Both the position numbers and the translations under genes were made by a program. A stretch of DNA of 64,000 nt from an uncultured Gammaproteobacteria bacterium (GTDB lineage: Bacteria; Pseudomonadota; Gammaproteobacteria; Steroidobacterales; Steroidobacteraceae): assembly GCA_963748995.1 (NCBI GenBank), contig CAVVKU010000017.1, positions 11,609 to 75,608 of the forward strand, read 5' to 3'. The notes under the pieces were generated by a model that worked only from the letters and a program-made list of their open reading frames with translations, was not told the origin of the DNA and ran no database searches. Below, piece by piece: positions 45,820 to 55,013 of the stretch; the first letter of the stretch is position 1; each line of letters opens with the position of its first letter.

Positions 45820-47454
45820 TTAGTTGTTCACGTCGGTCGTGCCCAACAGCTTCTTCTCCGGGGAAGTCGCCGGCAGGTCGGTCGAATCGAACACCGGATA
45901 ATCGCAGTTGTTCACCGTCAAGCTCGCGCTCTTCGTGTACACGTTGACCGGGTTGGTCGCCGCGTAGGCGCTGGTCGACGGAATCGTCGTCACCGGATTG
46001 CTCGCCAGGTATAGACCCGCCGGCGACGCATCGCCCGCCGACAAGCTGCCCTTGTCGGACAGGCTGCCACCGCTCCAAGGAGCAACACCGGTGTAGCCGG
46101 AATTGCTGACGGCGGTGAAGGCAGGATGCCCCAGCTTCGCGAGCAGCGCGCTCGCGACCAGCTTCGGGTTGCCCGAGGGAACCCCGGTGCCCGTCTTGAT
46201 GCTGTAGGCGACGCCGGTGCTGAAGTACGGGTAGACCCCGTTCTGCACGTTCGCCACCGTCGGACCCGACCCGTCGATCGCGATGGCCCGGAACGAGTCG
46301 TTCGCACCGGAGAGGTTGGACGCGGAGATCTCGGCGTTGTTGATGCCGATCGCGAACTGGCTGCCCGGCTCGGCCACGGGGGTATTCTGCCCGGGAAGCG
46401 CCGGAGTGTCGGTGCCCGGCACGTAGTACGGAGTGATGCTGCCGCCCGAGAAAAACGCCTGCAGGCATCCACGGACGCCGCTGCCGCTGCCCGCTGCGAA
46501 CACGTACTGGCCGTCTTCGACCGGAATGTTCTCAGACGGAAGGGTGCTGCAACGCTGGCCGAAATATTCGGACTCGAAGGAGGCCTCGGTGCCCGAGCCG
46601 AAGTCCCGACGGCACAGGTAGACGTTGTTGTCGGCGGGTGAGCTGACGCCGAGCTGGCTCCAGCTGACGATATTCGCACTCAGGAGGCTGGCAACCTGCT
46701 CCTTCGACAGCGACGGAGCATTGGCGGGGCTGTCGGAGGGCGATGTGTAGCCTTCCGCGGCCTGCAGGGCGTAATACGCGTTCTTCGTCAACAGGACGGT
46801 CCAGATCTGATCGAGCGTGCCCACCTTGCTCAGGTAGGTATTGGTGGCCGACGCATTGACCGTGCCGTTGGTGGGCGTGCGCAGAATCTCCGCCTCGACG
46901 TCCGCAAATCCGGCGGTCGGATTCGCATTGATCGTGGCGGTCGCGGGGCAACCGGAATGGTTGGTATAGGCGCCGAGCTTGGTGGTGGCGGCCACGGTCG
47001 CCACCGTTGCGCAATTGGAGTCGGTGATCGCCGCCGGATTGATGAAGCTCAGACCGTTGGCCTGCCCTTGGGCGGTCAGGTACAGCGGTGTAACACCGTT
47101 CACGGATCCGACGTTGGACTCCTTGAAGATCGCGATCGGCGTGCCCGCCGTGAGCGTCCCCGCGCTCGAGGTCACTGCGCCCGAGGCTGAGCAGAAGATC
47201 ATGCGATTGGTGTACGAGGAAGCCGTGCCGATGTAGTACACATCGACGCTGCCGGCGGCGCACAGACCGGTCGGGGCGACCGTGGCGATCAGGCTGTTGA
47301 GGATCGTGCCGTCGACCGCGGTGGATCCGCTCAGATAGACGTTCACGACACTCGAATTGTAGGCGCTGATGTCCAGTGCCGAGGCGGATTGCACGCCCGC
47401 GGTCGCCACCGACAGCGCCAGCGCTGCACGGATGGAATGCTTGAGAATTGACAT
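45820..47454 (-). CDS. secreted PstS-like (type-2 periplasmic-binding fold) protein, 544 aa
   Basis: Signal peptide ...AGVQSASA. YLSGSTAVDG. CRRDFGSGTEASF resembles the E. coli PstS phosphate-clamp segment RRADGSGTSF (from memory). It is much longer than PstS and Cys-rich. Confidence 0.55.
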   Translation of the reverse strand: MSILKHSIRAALALSVATAGVQSASALDISAYNSSVVNVYLSGSTAVDGTILNSLIATVAPTGLCAAGSVDVYYIGTASSYTNRMIFCSASGAVTSSAGTLTAGTPIAIFKESNVGSVNGVTPLYLTAQGQANGLSFINPAAITDSNCATVATVAATTKLGAYTNHSGCPATATINANPTAGFADVEAEILRTPTNGTVNASATNTYLSKVGTLDQIWTVLLTKNAYYALQAAEGYTSPSDSPANAPSLSKEQVASLLSANIVSWSQLGVSSPADNNVYLCRRDFGSGTEASFESEYFGQRCSTLPSENIPVEDGQYVFAAGSGSGVRGCLQAFFSGGSITPYYVPGTDTPALPGQNTPVAEPGSQFAIGINNAEISASNLSGANDSFRAIAIDGSGPTVANVQNGVYPYFSTGVAYSIKTGTGVPSGNPKLVASALLAKLGHPAFTAVSNSGYTGVAPWSGGSLSDKGSLSAGDASPAGLYLASNPVTTIPSTSAYAATNPVNVYTKSASLTVNNCDYPVFDSTDLPATSPEKKLLGTTDVNN

Positions 47455-47496
47455 GATTTTTTCCTGTTTAAAGTTGAGGTAAACGGATACCGGAGT

Positions 47497-48351
47497 TCAG
47501 GCGGCCGCGCGACGGCGCGCGATGCCCGCCATGCCGAGCAAGCCGCTGCCGAGGAGCCAGATCGCGGCAGGAAGCGGAACCGGCGCGGTGCCACCGGAGG
47601 CGATGTTGTAGGTCAGATCGCCCGTGCTGGAGAGAAACCAGAAGCCGGTGCCGTTCGCGTTCGAATAGCCATTGATGCTGTCCTGATTGCGACCGGTGGA
47701 CACCACGTTGTAGAAGCCGACGGCCTGACCGACGGTCTGCGAATAGTTCGATCCCGCCAGCAAAGTGCCGTTGGACAGAACGCCGGACTCCACGCTGAAC
47801 GTGGCCGAGCCGGTCGTATCGATCAGGTCACCGGTGGTCGGTGCCGCGGACACCCAGGAGGAGATTTCGCTGTTGATTTTTCCCTGCACGCCGCCCAGGG
47901 CGTTGCCCGAGATGACCGGCGTCGAGGAATCCGTCACCACCATGCCGCCACCCGTGAGCGTGCTGGCGCCGAGCACCATGTAGCTGTCATTCGCGACGCT
48001 CGAGCCGCCGAAAATGTTGCCGCCCGCAGCGGTGAAGCCGGCGACCTGGCCGAAGTTGAGCTGCAGAACGTTGCCGCTCGCGCCCGTCGGATTGGTGGCA
48101 AGCGCGAACGCCACGTTCGGCGCGGTCGGCGTGAGCGCGCCGCTCGCGCTGGTGACTTGCGAGTAGTTCACACCCAGGTTGACGACTTCCGTCGTATTGG
48201 CCGCGGTGTTGAACACCGCCAGGTAGAGACCCTGTGAGCCAGGAGGGGATCCCTCGTTGATGGCGACAGGGCCGGTCAACTGGGCATGTGCGGCGACGGA
48301 GGCCAGCGCCAGCGTCACGCCGGCGGCGATGGATTTATTGAGCAACTTCAT
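47497..48351 (-). CDS. VPLPA-CTERM sorting-domain protein
   Basis: Signal MKLLNKSIAAGVTLALASVAAHA. C-terminus TAPVPLPAAIWLLGSGLLGMAGIARRRAAA. Confidence 0.8.
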   Translation of the reverse strand: MKLLNKSIAAGVTLALASVAAHAQLTGPVAINEGSPPGSQGLYLAVFNTAANTTEVVNLGVNYSQVTSASGALTPTAPNVAFALATNPTGASGNVLQLNFGQVAGFTAAGGNIFGGSSVANDSYMVLGASTLTGGGMVVTDSSTPVISGNALGGVQGKINSEISSWVSAAPTTGDLIDTTGSATFSVESGVLSNGTLLAGSNYSQTVGQAVGFYNVVSTGRNQDSINGYSNANGTGFWFLSSTGDLTYNIASGGTAPVPLPAAIWLLGSGLLGMAGIARRRAAA

Positions 48352-48490
48352 GTGTTCTCCCGAACTGTTAAGTGAGTTAGAGGCTTAAAGCTTCACGAAC
48401 CCGAGCGGACAGCCGCGTCATCCCGAATCTGTGATCGATCTCCACTTTGGGACCCTTGAGAAGGAGACCTCCGTCGTGGAATTGCTGGGC

Positions 48491-48546
48491 ATGATCCGGG
48501 GAGCGAGTGTCAACGATGTGATTGAAGTGTGAATATTCAGCAACAC
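48491..48546 (-). promoter_or_regulatory. conserved promoter element copy 2 (upstream of the VPLPA-CTERM / PstS-like operon)
   Basis: The coding strand reads TGTTGCTGAAT TATTCAC ACTT CAATCAC ATCG TTGACAC tcgctccccg GATCAT. The geometry is identical to copy 1. Confidence 0.6.
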
Positions 48547-48698
48547 CGCTCGACGCCGGGCACGCATGCAACTGAGCGGGTGAGTTGCGCCCGAAGCGGC
48601 GAACGCTTCGTAAAACCGTAGCAATTGCGCCTTACGATTCGCCACCTACGCGCCTCGACGAGCGGCGTGCCACGATCTCTGCGAGGGAATACGAACGT

Positions 48699-49805
48699 AT
48701 GACAAACCGCACCGTTGTGCCGACATCCACCCGACGCCGCTCAGGGCAGGCCCTGTTGACCGTATTTCTGGCGTTCGGGGCCGGTTGCGCAATGACGCTG
48801 CAGCCCGCCCGGTCGCAGAGCGCCCACGATGCCGCTCCCATCGCCACCGTCGGTTCCGAACCGATCACCGAAACAATCATCGTGCAGGCAGATCAAGCCG
48901 CATTTGACCAGCTGCGATGGGAGCTCGAGGCCCAGCAGCATCAACTGCAGTTCAAGTACGAGAAGGCTCGCCATGACCTGTTAAAGCGGCAACTGGATCA
49001 GCGGCTGGACGAGGCGGCCGTGGCGGACGAGGCCAAAGCCCGCGGTGTGAGCAGCGAGGCCGTGCTCGGGGATCCGAAGGCCGGCGCGCCCACCGATGAG
49101 GAGGTCCGTGCCTTCTACGATCGGAACCGTGATCGCATCCGGGAGCCCTACGAGCAGATGGCACCGAAAATGCGCGAGTACCTGGCGGATCAGCGCAAGC
49201 AGACCGCGGCGCGGGAGTTCTACGATGCACTCCGTGCCAAGCATGGCATCAAGTCGTTTCTCGGCCCGTTCCGCATCGCCGTCGCAGCCACGGGCCCCGC
49301 CCGCGGTCCGGCGACGGCGCCGATCACCATCGTCGAGTTCGCGGATTTTCAATGTCCCTACTGCAAGCGCGCGGAGTCATCCCTGCATGTGCTCCTCGAC
49401 CAATACCCGGACAAGGTGCGTCTCGTGTTTCGTAATCTGCCGCTGACCCAGATTCATCCGCAGGCCCAGGGCGCCGCGGAGGCAGCCGTGTGTGCAGATC
49501 GACAGGGCAAGTTCTGGGAGATGCACGACGCGATGTATGCCGACCAAGCCTCGCTCGCGCCTGATGCGCTCAAGGACACCGCCCAGCGGCTGGGATTGGA
49601 TGTCGGCCAATTTTCGGCGTGCCTCAGCGGCGGCGCCCCCGTCGCGACACTCGGTTCGGACGCCAAGGCGGCCCAGGAGCTGGGCCTTTCCGGCACACCG
49701 TATTTTTTCATCAATGGTCGCCCGCTCGACGGCAATGTGCCGCTGGAGAAATTCCAGAGCATCATCGCCGAGGAGCTGCGCGCGAACGGCTCGGACCGCG
49801 GCTGA
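48699..49805 (+). CDS. DsbA-family thiol:disulfide oxidoreductase with a long helical N-terminal region
   Basis: Start at MTNRTVV... with a signal/TM segment. Thioredoxin motif FADFQCPYCKR. ...GTPYFFINGRPL. Confidence 0.75.
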   Translation: MTNRTVVPTSTRRRSGQALLTVFLAFGAGCAMTLQPARSQSAHDAAPIATVGSEPITETIIVQADQAAFDQLRWELEAQQHQLQFKYEKARHDLLKRQLDQRLDEAAVADEAKARGVSSEAVLGDPKAGAPTDEEVRAFYDRNRDRIREPYEQMAPKMREYLADQRKQTAAREFYDALRAKHGIKSFLGPFRIAVAATGPARGPATAPITIVEFADFQCPYCKRAESSLHVLLDQYPDKVRLVFRNLPLTQIHPQAQGAAEAAVCADRQGKFWEMHDAMYADQASLAPDALKDTAQRLGLDVGQFSACLSGGAPVATLGSDAKAAQELGLSGTPYFFINGRPLDGNVPLEKFQSIIAEELRANGSDRG

Positions 49806-49850
49806 GCCGCGATTCGCCAATCAATCTGTCATTCCCCGGGAGTCAAATCG

Positions 49851-50351
49851 ATGAGTCGAAATTTTAAGGGCTTTGAAATTCTGTCGGGTTCGGCGGCGTT
49901 GCTCGCCTTGGCTGCCGCGCTGGTATCGGAGCCTGTTTCCGCAAGTTCCATCGATGCGTGCAGTTTGTTGACGCGGTCCCAGGTGTCAGCCGCTCTCGGC
50001 ATTCGCGTGGAAGCGGGAGTGCGGCCACTCGCCTCCGAACCGGGCATGTGCAACTGGAGAGAAAGCAACAAGCCCACCGGTCCTGGTCGAAACGTGTTGT
50101 TGACCATCATCACCGCACAGGAGTTCGACAAGCTGAGGACCCTGCCGATGGCGGCATCCGAAAAGGGCATTGGAGACGACGCGATCGTGACGCATCCGAT
50201 GCGTGTGCCGCCGCTGCTGACCGTCAAGGTTGGGACGCATTATTTCCAAATTCTGGTGAGATCGGATCTCGTCCCATCTGAAGAGGTGGATGCGCGCAAT
50301 CAGGCTCTCGAGAAGACGCTGGCCGCGAAGGTCATAGAGAAGCTCGGATAG
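49851..50351 (+). CDS. hypothetical secreted protein (166 aa)
   Basis: Signal peptide ...ALVSEPVSASS, then IDACSLLTRSQVSAALG...MCNW. Family not recognised. Confidence 0.5.
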   Translation: MSRNFKGFEILSGSAALLALAAALVSEPVSASSIDACSLLTRSQVSAALGIRVEAGVRPLASEPGMCNWRESNKPTGPGRNVLLTIITAQEFDKLRTLPMAASEKGIGDDAIVTHPMRVPPLLTVKVGTHYFQILVRSDLVPSEEVDARNQALEKTLAAKVIEKLG

Positions 50352-50389
50352 CCGGCACCGGGTCCCGAAGCAGGCGCGACGTCCGGCTT

Positions 50390-52378
50390 TCAGCTGCGTG
50401 CAGCGGCGCGCGCACTCCGCCCGCTTCGGGCCGCGCGGGCGATGAAGAGCAGCGCAAGCGCTGCGATCGCGGCGGGGTCGAGCGAGCCTCCACCCCCGGA
50501 GGAAGTCACGGCGGCCGTGGCCGTCACCGTCACGCTCTTCGAGGCGGAGCCGCCCGGGCCGGTACAGCTCAGCGTGTAAGTCGTGGTCGTGGCCACCGAG
50601 ACGGCGATGCTCCCAGAGCCGGTGGCCTGACTGCCGGTGAACGTGCCGCCGCTGCCGGTACAGGCGGTGGCACCGGTCGTGGTCCAAGTCAGGGTGGCCG
50701 CGCCGCCCGCGGTCACCGATGCCGGCGAGGCCGACAGCGTGACAGTGGGCGGTGCGTTGACGACCGACAGCCCGTATAGGCCGTACTGCTGCGAGGACGC
50801 GGGGATCGCGACGACGGTGAGTTGGTAATCGCCTGGCGTGGCGGTGATCGGGAAGGTTCCACCGCCGAAGATCTTGCCGAGCACGTTACCCGCGCTCGAA
50901 CCCACCAGCGCCAACGTGGAGAACGCCGCGGGTGTCTTCAGGTCCGTCAAGGTGACGTTGTAGTTTCCAGAGGTTCCAAGGGTGATCGGCTGGGAGATGA
51001 AGCCGCTGACGGGGCTCACCGTCTGGATCTGATCGAACGCCACGGCGCTCGAGCTGTTCTGCACATTGATGTCGAACAGGCCGTTGACGCCGGCGGCGGG
51101 CGCGGCGGCGGCAAGGAGCACCACGCGACCGGCGGCCGCGGTGAAGCTCACCGACCCTGCGGCGCTCGATTGCTTGAGGACAGCATGGTTCTGAGCGACC
51201 GCGAACGCGAGGCTCGACAGCGGGGCCGGGAACTGGAAATCGCTGGCCGTTGCCCGGTAGCTGCCGGCCGCGAGCGGGCTCGACGGCACGAAGGCGTACG
51301 CATAGGAGCCGGTGACGTTCACACCGGCGGCGGACTGCAGCACGCTGGCGGTCGTGGAGGCGAGATCGACCTCATAAGTCCCAGCCGCCGTTCCCGCGGC
51401 GCCGTAACTCCACACCTGCAGCGCTGCGCCGGCCGGGGCTGCCGTCAATGTTGCGGCGCCGGCGGCCGCCGATGCCATTCCGAGCGAAGAGCCGCCGGCG
51501 GTGACCAGCGCGCTCGCGCTCGCGAGCGCGGCCGGGAATGCGAAGTCTGTGACCGTCAAGGTGAGCGACTGGGCGCCGGGATTTTTCACGGTCGTGCCGG
51601 GCTGCATCTGTCCGACCGGATAGGTTGCGCTCAACAGCGGCGCGATACCCGCCGGACCCGTGACCGTGACGCTATACAACCCCGCTTTCGCCGTCGGGTC
51701 GGCCTGCGCAACTATGAAAAGCGTATACACGCCCGCGGGCAGGCTGGGAAGCGCGGCGGGCGATGCGGGAAGCGGCACCGCGCCGGTGACGGGCTGGCTA
51801 CCCTGGAAGAGCGCGAGACTGAAAGTTCCCGCCGCCAGCGGCGCGGGAAATTGGTCGTCCGCATAGTTAAACGTGTAGGTCCCCGCGGTGTTCACCGTTA
51901 CGGTGATCACATTCGTCGACACGGTCGGGTTGGCCGGCGTGGACTGCTCCGTGATATTGCCCGCGATGGAAGCACTCTGAATGCAGGCCGAGGGACTCGA
52001 CGTCGGCGCAACGCACACGTTGAATGTTCCGACACCGCTGGTGCTATTCGGGGTTCCGATTACACGCAAGGTATATGCCCCGACCGCTCCCGGCAGCGCC
52101 AGTGAGGCGGTGGAGGCCGGGGACGACATGGTCGCCGTGCCCACGAGCGTGGACCCCTGGGTGACCACGATGGTGGCGGTGGTAAGCGGTGCCGGTATCT
52201 TGAAATCTGTGAACGTCACCGTCAAATTCTGCGCCGTCGCGATGGTGAAGGTCTCCTCCGTCGGCGCCGGGGCGCCACTCACCGCAACCAAATTCGTGGC
52301 CGGAGGCACGGGGTCGGAGACCTGCGCCTTTGCCCACAGGGGCAGACACAAACCGACCACGAATAGACCCCGCAGCAT
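50390..52378 (-). CDS. secreted five-module repeat protein with a C-terminal GlyGly-CTERM-like / divergent PEP-CTERM-like anchor
   Basis: Start at MLRGLFVVGLCLPLWAKAQ. Five modules of about 100 aa, each with D(F/L)x(F/I/T)PA(P/A)(L/F). An Ig-like module PPTVTLSASPASVTAGGAATLTWTTTGATAC. Tail SSGGGGSLDPAAIAALALLFIARAARSGR. Confidence 0.7.
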   Translation of the reverse strand: MLRGLFVVGLCLPLWAKAQVSDPVPPATNLVAVSGAPAPTEETFTIATAQNLTVTFTDFKIPAPLTTATIVVTQGSTLVGTATMSSPASTASLALPGAVGAYTLRVIGTPNSTSGVGTFNVCVAPTSSPSACIQSASIAGNITEQSTPANPTVSTNVITVTVNTAGTYTFNYADDQFPAPLAAGTFSLALFQGSQPVTGAVPLPASPAALPSLPAGVYTLFIVAQADPTAKAGLYSVTVTGPAGIAPLLSATYPVGQMQPGTTVKNPGAQSLTLTVTDFAFPAALASASALVTAGGSSLGMASAAAGAATLTAAPAGAALQVWSYGAAGTAAGTYEVDLASTTASVLQSAAGVNVTGSYAYAFVPSSPLAAGSYRATASDFQFPAPLSSLAFAVAQNHAVLKQSSAAGSVSFTAAAGRVVLLAAAAPAAGVNGLFDINVQNSSSAVAFDQIQTVSPVSGFISQPITLGTSGNYNVTLTDLKTPAAFSTLALVGSSAGNVLGKIFGGGTFPITATPGDYQLTVVAIPASSQQYGLYGLSVVNAPPTVTLSASPASVTAGGAATLTWTTTGATACTGSGGTFTGSQATGSGSIAVSVATTTTYTLSCTGPGGSASKSVTVTATAAVTSSGGGGSLDPAAIAALALLFIARAARSGRSARAAARS

Positions 52379-52478
52379 GTACCGGCACACCGCGACCGGC
52401 TCGCGTTGATCAAGCCACCGCATAAGTCATCCCCTCCGATCTCGCACGAAAATCTCTTCTGGCCTGTTCGGATCGCGC

Positions 52479-54908
52479 TCAGCTCTGCGGACTCGAGTCG
52501 GCTGCCGGCGGCTTCGAGATCTTGACCAGGGTCGCCCGCGCCTCGTCCAGACCGGTGAACTGCGCACCGGACTTGACCGCGCGTGTCAGGTTGTCGCGCG
52601 CGTCGGTGGCATCTCCCGCCGCCGACTGGGCCATGCCGAGGTGGTAGCGGGACAGGGGCGCGTCGGGGACCGCGGCGACAACCTTCGTCAGTACCGGCAC
52701 CGAGCCTGCGGTATCGCCGCGCTTGTAGAGCACCCAGCCGTAGGTGTCGAGATACGAAGGGTTTGGCGAATTTGCAAAGCGCGCCGACAGTTCCTTGGCG
52801 CGGTCGAGGTCCGCCCGATCCGTGCGATAGGTGGCGAGCAGCATTGCCAGATTGTTGGCGGCCACCTCGGATTGCGGATCCTTCTGGATGACCTCCTCGT
52901 ACTGCTGCATGGCTTCATCCTGCTTGCCGGAGTTCTCGAGAACCGCGGCAAGCTGCAACACCAGCTGCTCGTTCTGATCGACCAGTGGCATTGCGCCGCG
53001 CAATGTGGCGATGGCGACGGCAGAATCCTCCTTGTTGGCGAGCTGCGCGGCGGCAAGCCCTCGATACGGCGGCCACCATTTGGGCGTCCGCGCGATAGCC
53101 TGCTTGAATACATCCTTGGCCTCGGTAGTGCGTGCCGCCCGCAGCAGCAATTCCCCCTTGATCACCAGCGCGAACGAGCTCGACGGATAGGCCGACGCCG
53201 ACTCATCCAGCCGCTTGATCGCGTCCGGAACCCGCTTCATGTTGACCAGCACGCGCACCACCGCTTCGAGCGGCTCGGTCGCATCCGGCTGGAGTTTCGC
53301 GGCCTGATCGAACAGGCGCAGCGCCTCCTCGTCGTGCTTTCTTGCCTCGGCGACCATGCCTTGGTACAGGTAGCCGCCCGCCTGCATCGGCCGCAGTGTC
53401 ACCAGCGCATCTGCCGCCGCCGCCGCCGCGTCGAGATCCCGGGTTGCCATTGCCATCTGGTACTGCGCATCGCGCGCCGCGATATCGTCCGGATGGCGCT
53501 TCACCAGTTCCGCAATGATCGGCTTCGCCTGCTCGGCCTTGCCGAGCTGGGCGAGGAGCTGTGCAAAATCAAGCTGTAGCGAGGCATTGCCTGGATCGGC
53601 CTCGGTGGCGCGGCGAATCGTCTCCTCGGCCAGGGCGGGCTCCCCGTTGGCGAGATGCGCGCGCGCGAGCGTGCGCACCACCCCTTCCGCGTTTGGCTGG
53701 TCGCGCAGCACCGCTCGAAGATCCGCGATCGCGGCCCGCGGGTCCTTCCGGGCGAGCGCAATGTTGCCGCGGACCATCAACGCATCGTCGTCGCGCGGGC
53801 TCTTCGCGAGCACCTGGTTGGCGAGAGCGAGCGCGCCGGCAACGTCGCCCTGCTGCAGTCTGATGCCCGCGAGCCGGTCGCGGGCGGTGAGTGCCGGGGG
53901 CGCAAGACCTTCCTTGTCGATGATGCCCTGATAGACGGCCTTGGCCTTCTCCGGCTCCTTGCCGTCCTGGTAAAAAGATGCGAGGGCAAATTGCAGCTCG
54001 AAATCCTCGGGAGCCGCGGCGATCATGCCGCGGAGTTCCTGCTCCGCGACATCGCGACTGCGCCGGCCTGCGAGGAAACTGACCAGCGAGAGCTTGAGAT
54101 CGCGCTCGTCGGGCATGTCCTTGACCGCCTGGCGAAGGACCTTTTCGGCCGCCTCCACCTGATTCTGCTGCGCATAGAACTGCGCGAGCCGCACGCGGTG
54201 CGCTTTCTCGCGCGGCTGCAACACGACCAGCTTCAGGAGCTGCGCCTCGGCATCGGCTGGACGCTTCTCCTGCAGGTAGATCTGCGCGAGCACCAGGCGC
54301 AGATCCACGGTGGCGGGAATCTTCTGCACCGATTGCTCGAGGAGCGATTGCGCCTTGTCAGTCTCGTTCTGTGCCCGATAAATGCCGGCGAGCACTGCAA
54401 CGGCATCCTCGCTGTTCGGATCGAGCATCACCGCGCGCTGCCCGTCGGCGACCGCGTCATCGAGGTTATTCTGCTGCACACGAACTGCCGCACGCACCGT
54501 CAGCAACGACGCGTCATCGGGATGTTTCTCGAGGGCCGGCCGGATCAATTCCAGCGCCTGATCCGGCGCGGCGGAGAACAAGTACAGCCGGGCGAGCCGC
54601 GCGCGCGCCTGAACATCGTCCGGGTTCACATCGATGACACCCTGATAGAACTGTGCGGCCTCGCGCGGCTTGCCGAGCTTCTCGTCGACCATGCCCATGT
54701 CGAGGCGCGCCTTCGGGCTCTTCGGTGCGATCTGCAAGGCGTTCTGAAATTCGATCCGGGCTTTGTCGAGATTGCCGCCGGCGAGGAACGCCTCGCCCTT
54801 TTCCAGATGTCGCGCGAAGCGCGCCTCTGCGCCACCGCAGCCCGCAACCGACAAGACAGCCGGGCCGAGCAGCAGCAACAGGGGCCTTACGAGTGAACGC
54901 ACCGACAT
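52479..54908 (-). CDS. prsT: PEP-CTERM-system TPR-repeat lipoprotein (PrsT-like)
   Basis: Lipobox LSVAGCGG. About 800 aa of TPR repeats. Sits next to the exosortase/EPS locus. Confidence 0.7.
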   Translation of the reverse strand: MSVRSLVRPLLLLLGPAVLSVAGCGGAEARFARHLEKGEAFLAGGNLDKARIEFQNALQIAPKSPKARLDMGMVDEKLGKPREAAQFYQGVIDVNPDDVQARARLARLYLFSAAPDQALELIRPALEKHPDDASLLTVRAAVRVQQNNLDDAVADGQRAVMLDPNSEDAVAVLAGIYRAQNETDKAQSLLEQSVQKIPATVDLRLVLAQIYLQEKRPADAEAQLLKLVVLQPREKAHRVRLAQFYAQQNQVEAAEKVLRQAVKDMPDERDLKLSLVSFLAGRRSRDVAEQELRGMIAAAPEDFELQFALASFYQDGKEPEKAKAVYQGIIDKEGLAPPALTARDRLAGIRLQQGDVAGALALANQVLAKSPRDDDALMVRGNIALARKDPRAAIADLRAVLRDQPNAEGVVRTLARAHLANGEPALAEETIRRATEADPGNASLQLDFAQLLAQLGKAEQAKPIIAELVKRHPDDIAARDAQYQMAMATRDLDAAAAAADALVTLRPMQAGGYLYQGMVAEARKHDEEALRLFDQAAKLQPDATEPLEAVVRVLVNMKRVPDAIKRLDESASAYPSSSFALVIKGELLLRAARTTEAKDVFKQAIARTPKWWPPYRGLAAAQLANKEDSAVAIATLRGAMPLVDQNEQLVLQLAAVLENSGKQDEAMQQYEEVIQKDPQSEVAANNLAMLLATYRTDRADLDRAKELSARFANSPNPSYLDTYGWVLYKRGDTAGSVPVLTKVVAAVPDAPLSRYHLGMAQSAAGDATDARDNLTRAVKSGAQFTGLDEARATLVKISKPPAADSSPQS

Positions 54909-54938
54909 GATTTATGGTCCGGAGGGGAGCGGAGCGAC

Positions 54939-54972
54939 AGGCTACGAACTTCACATGACGAACGTGTGACGA
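54939..54972 (-). promoter_or_regulatory. phased-repeat promoter candidate upstream of prsT
   Basis: The coding strand reads TCGTCAC ACGT TCGTCAT gtgaagttcg TAGCCT (7-4-7, 10 nt, TAnnnT). Confidence 0.45.
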
Positions 54973-55013
54973 ACCGCCATACGCGGTGTCCTCACGGCGG
55001 CCTCGGATCGGAC

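Noticed and set aside
49826-49850. Perfect CTGTCAT half-site followed 10 nt later by TCAAAT, in front of the 49851 gene
   Set aside because: Only one good half-site is present, with no 11-bp-phased partner. The -10 would end 2 nt before the ATG, so the TSS would fall inside the coding region.
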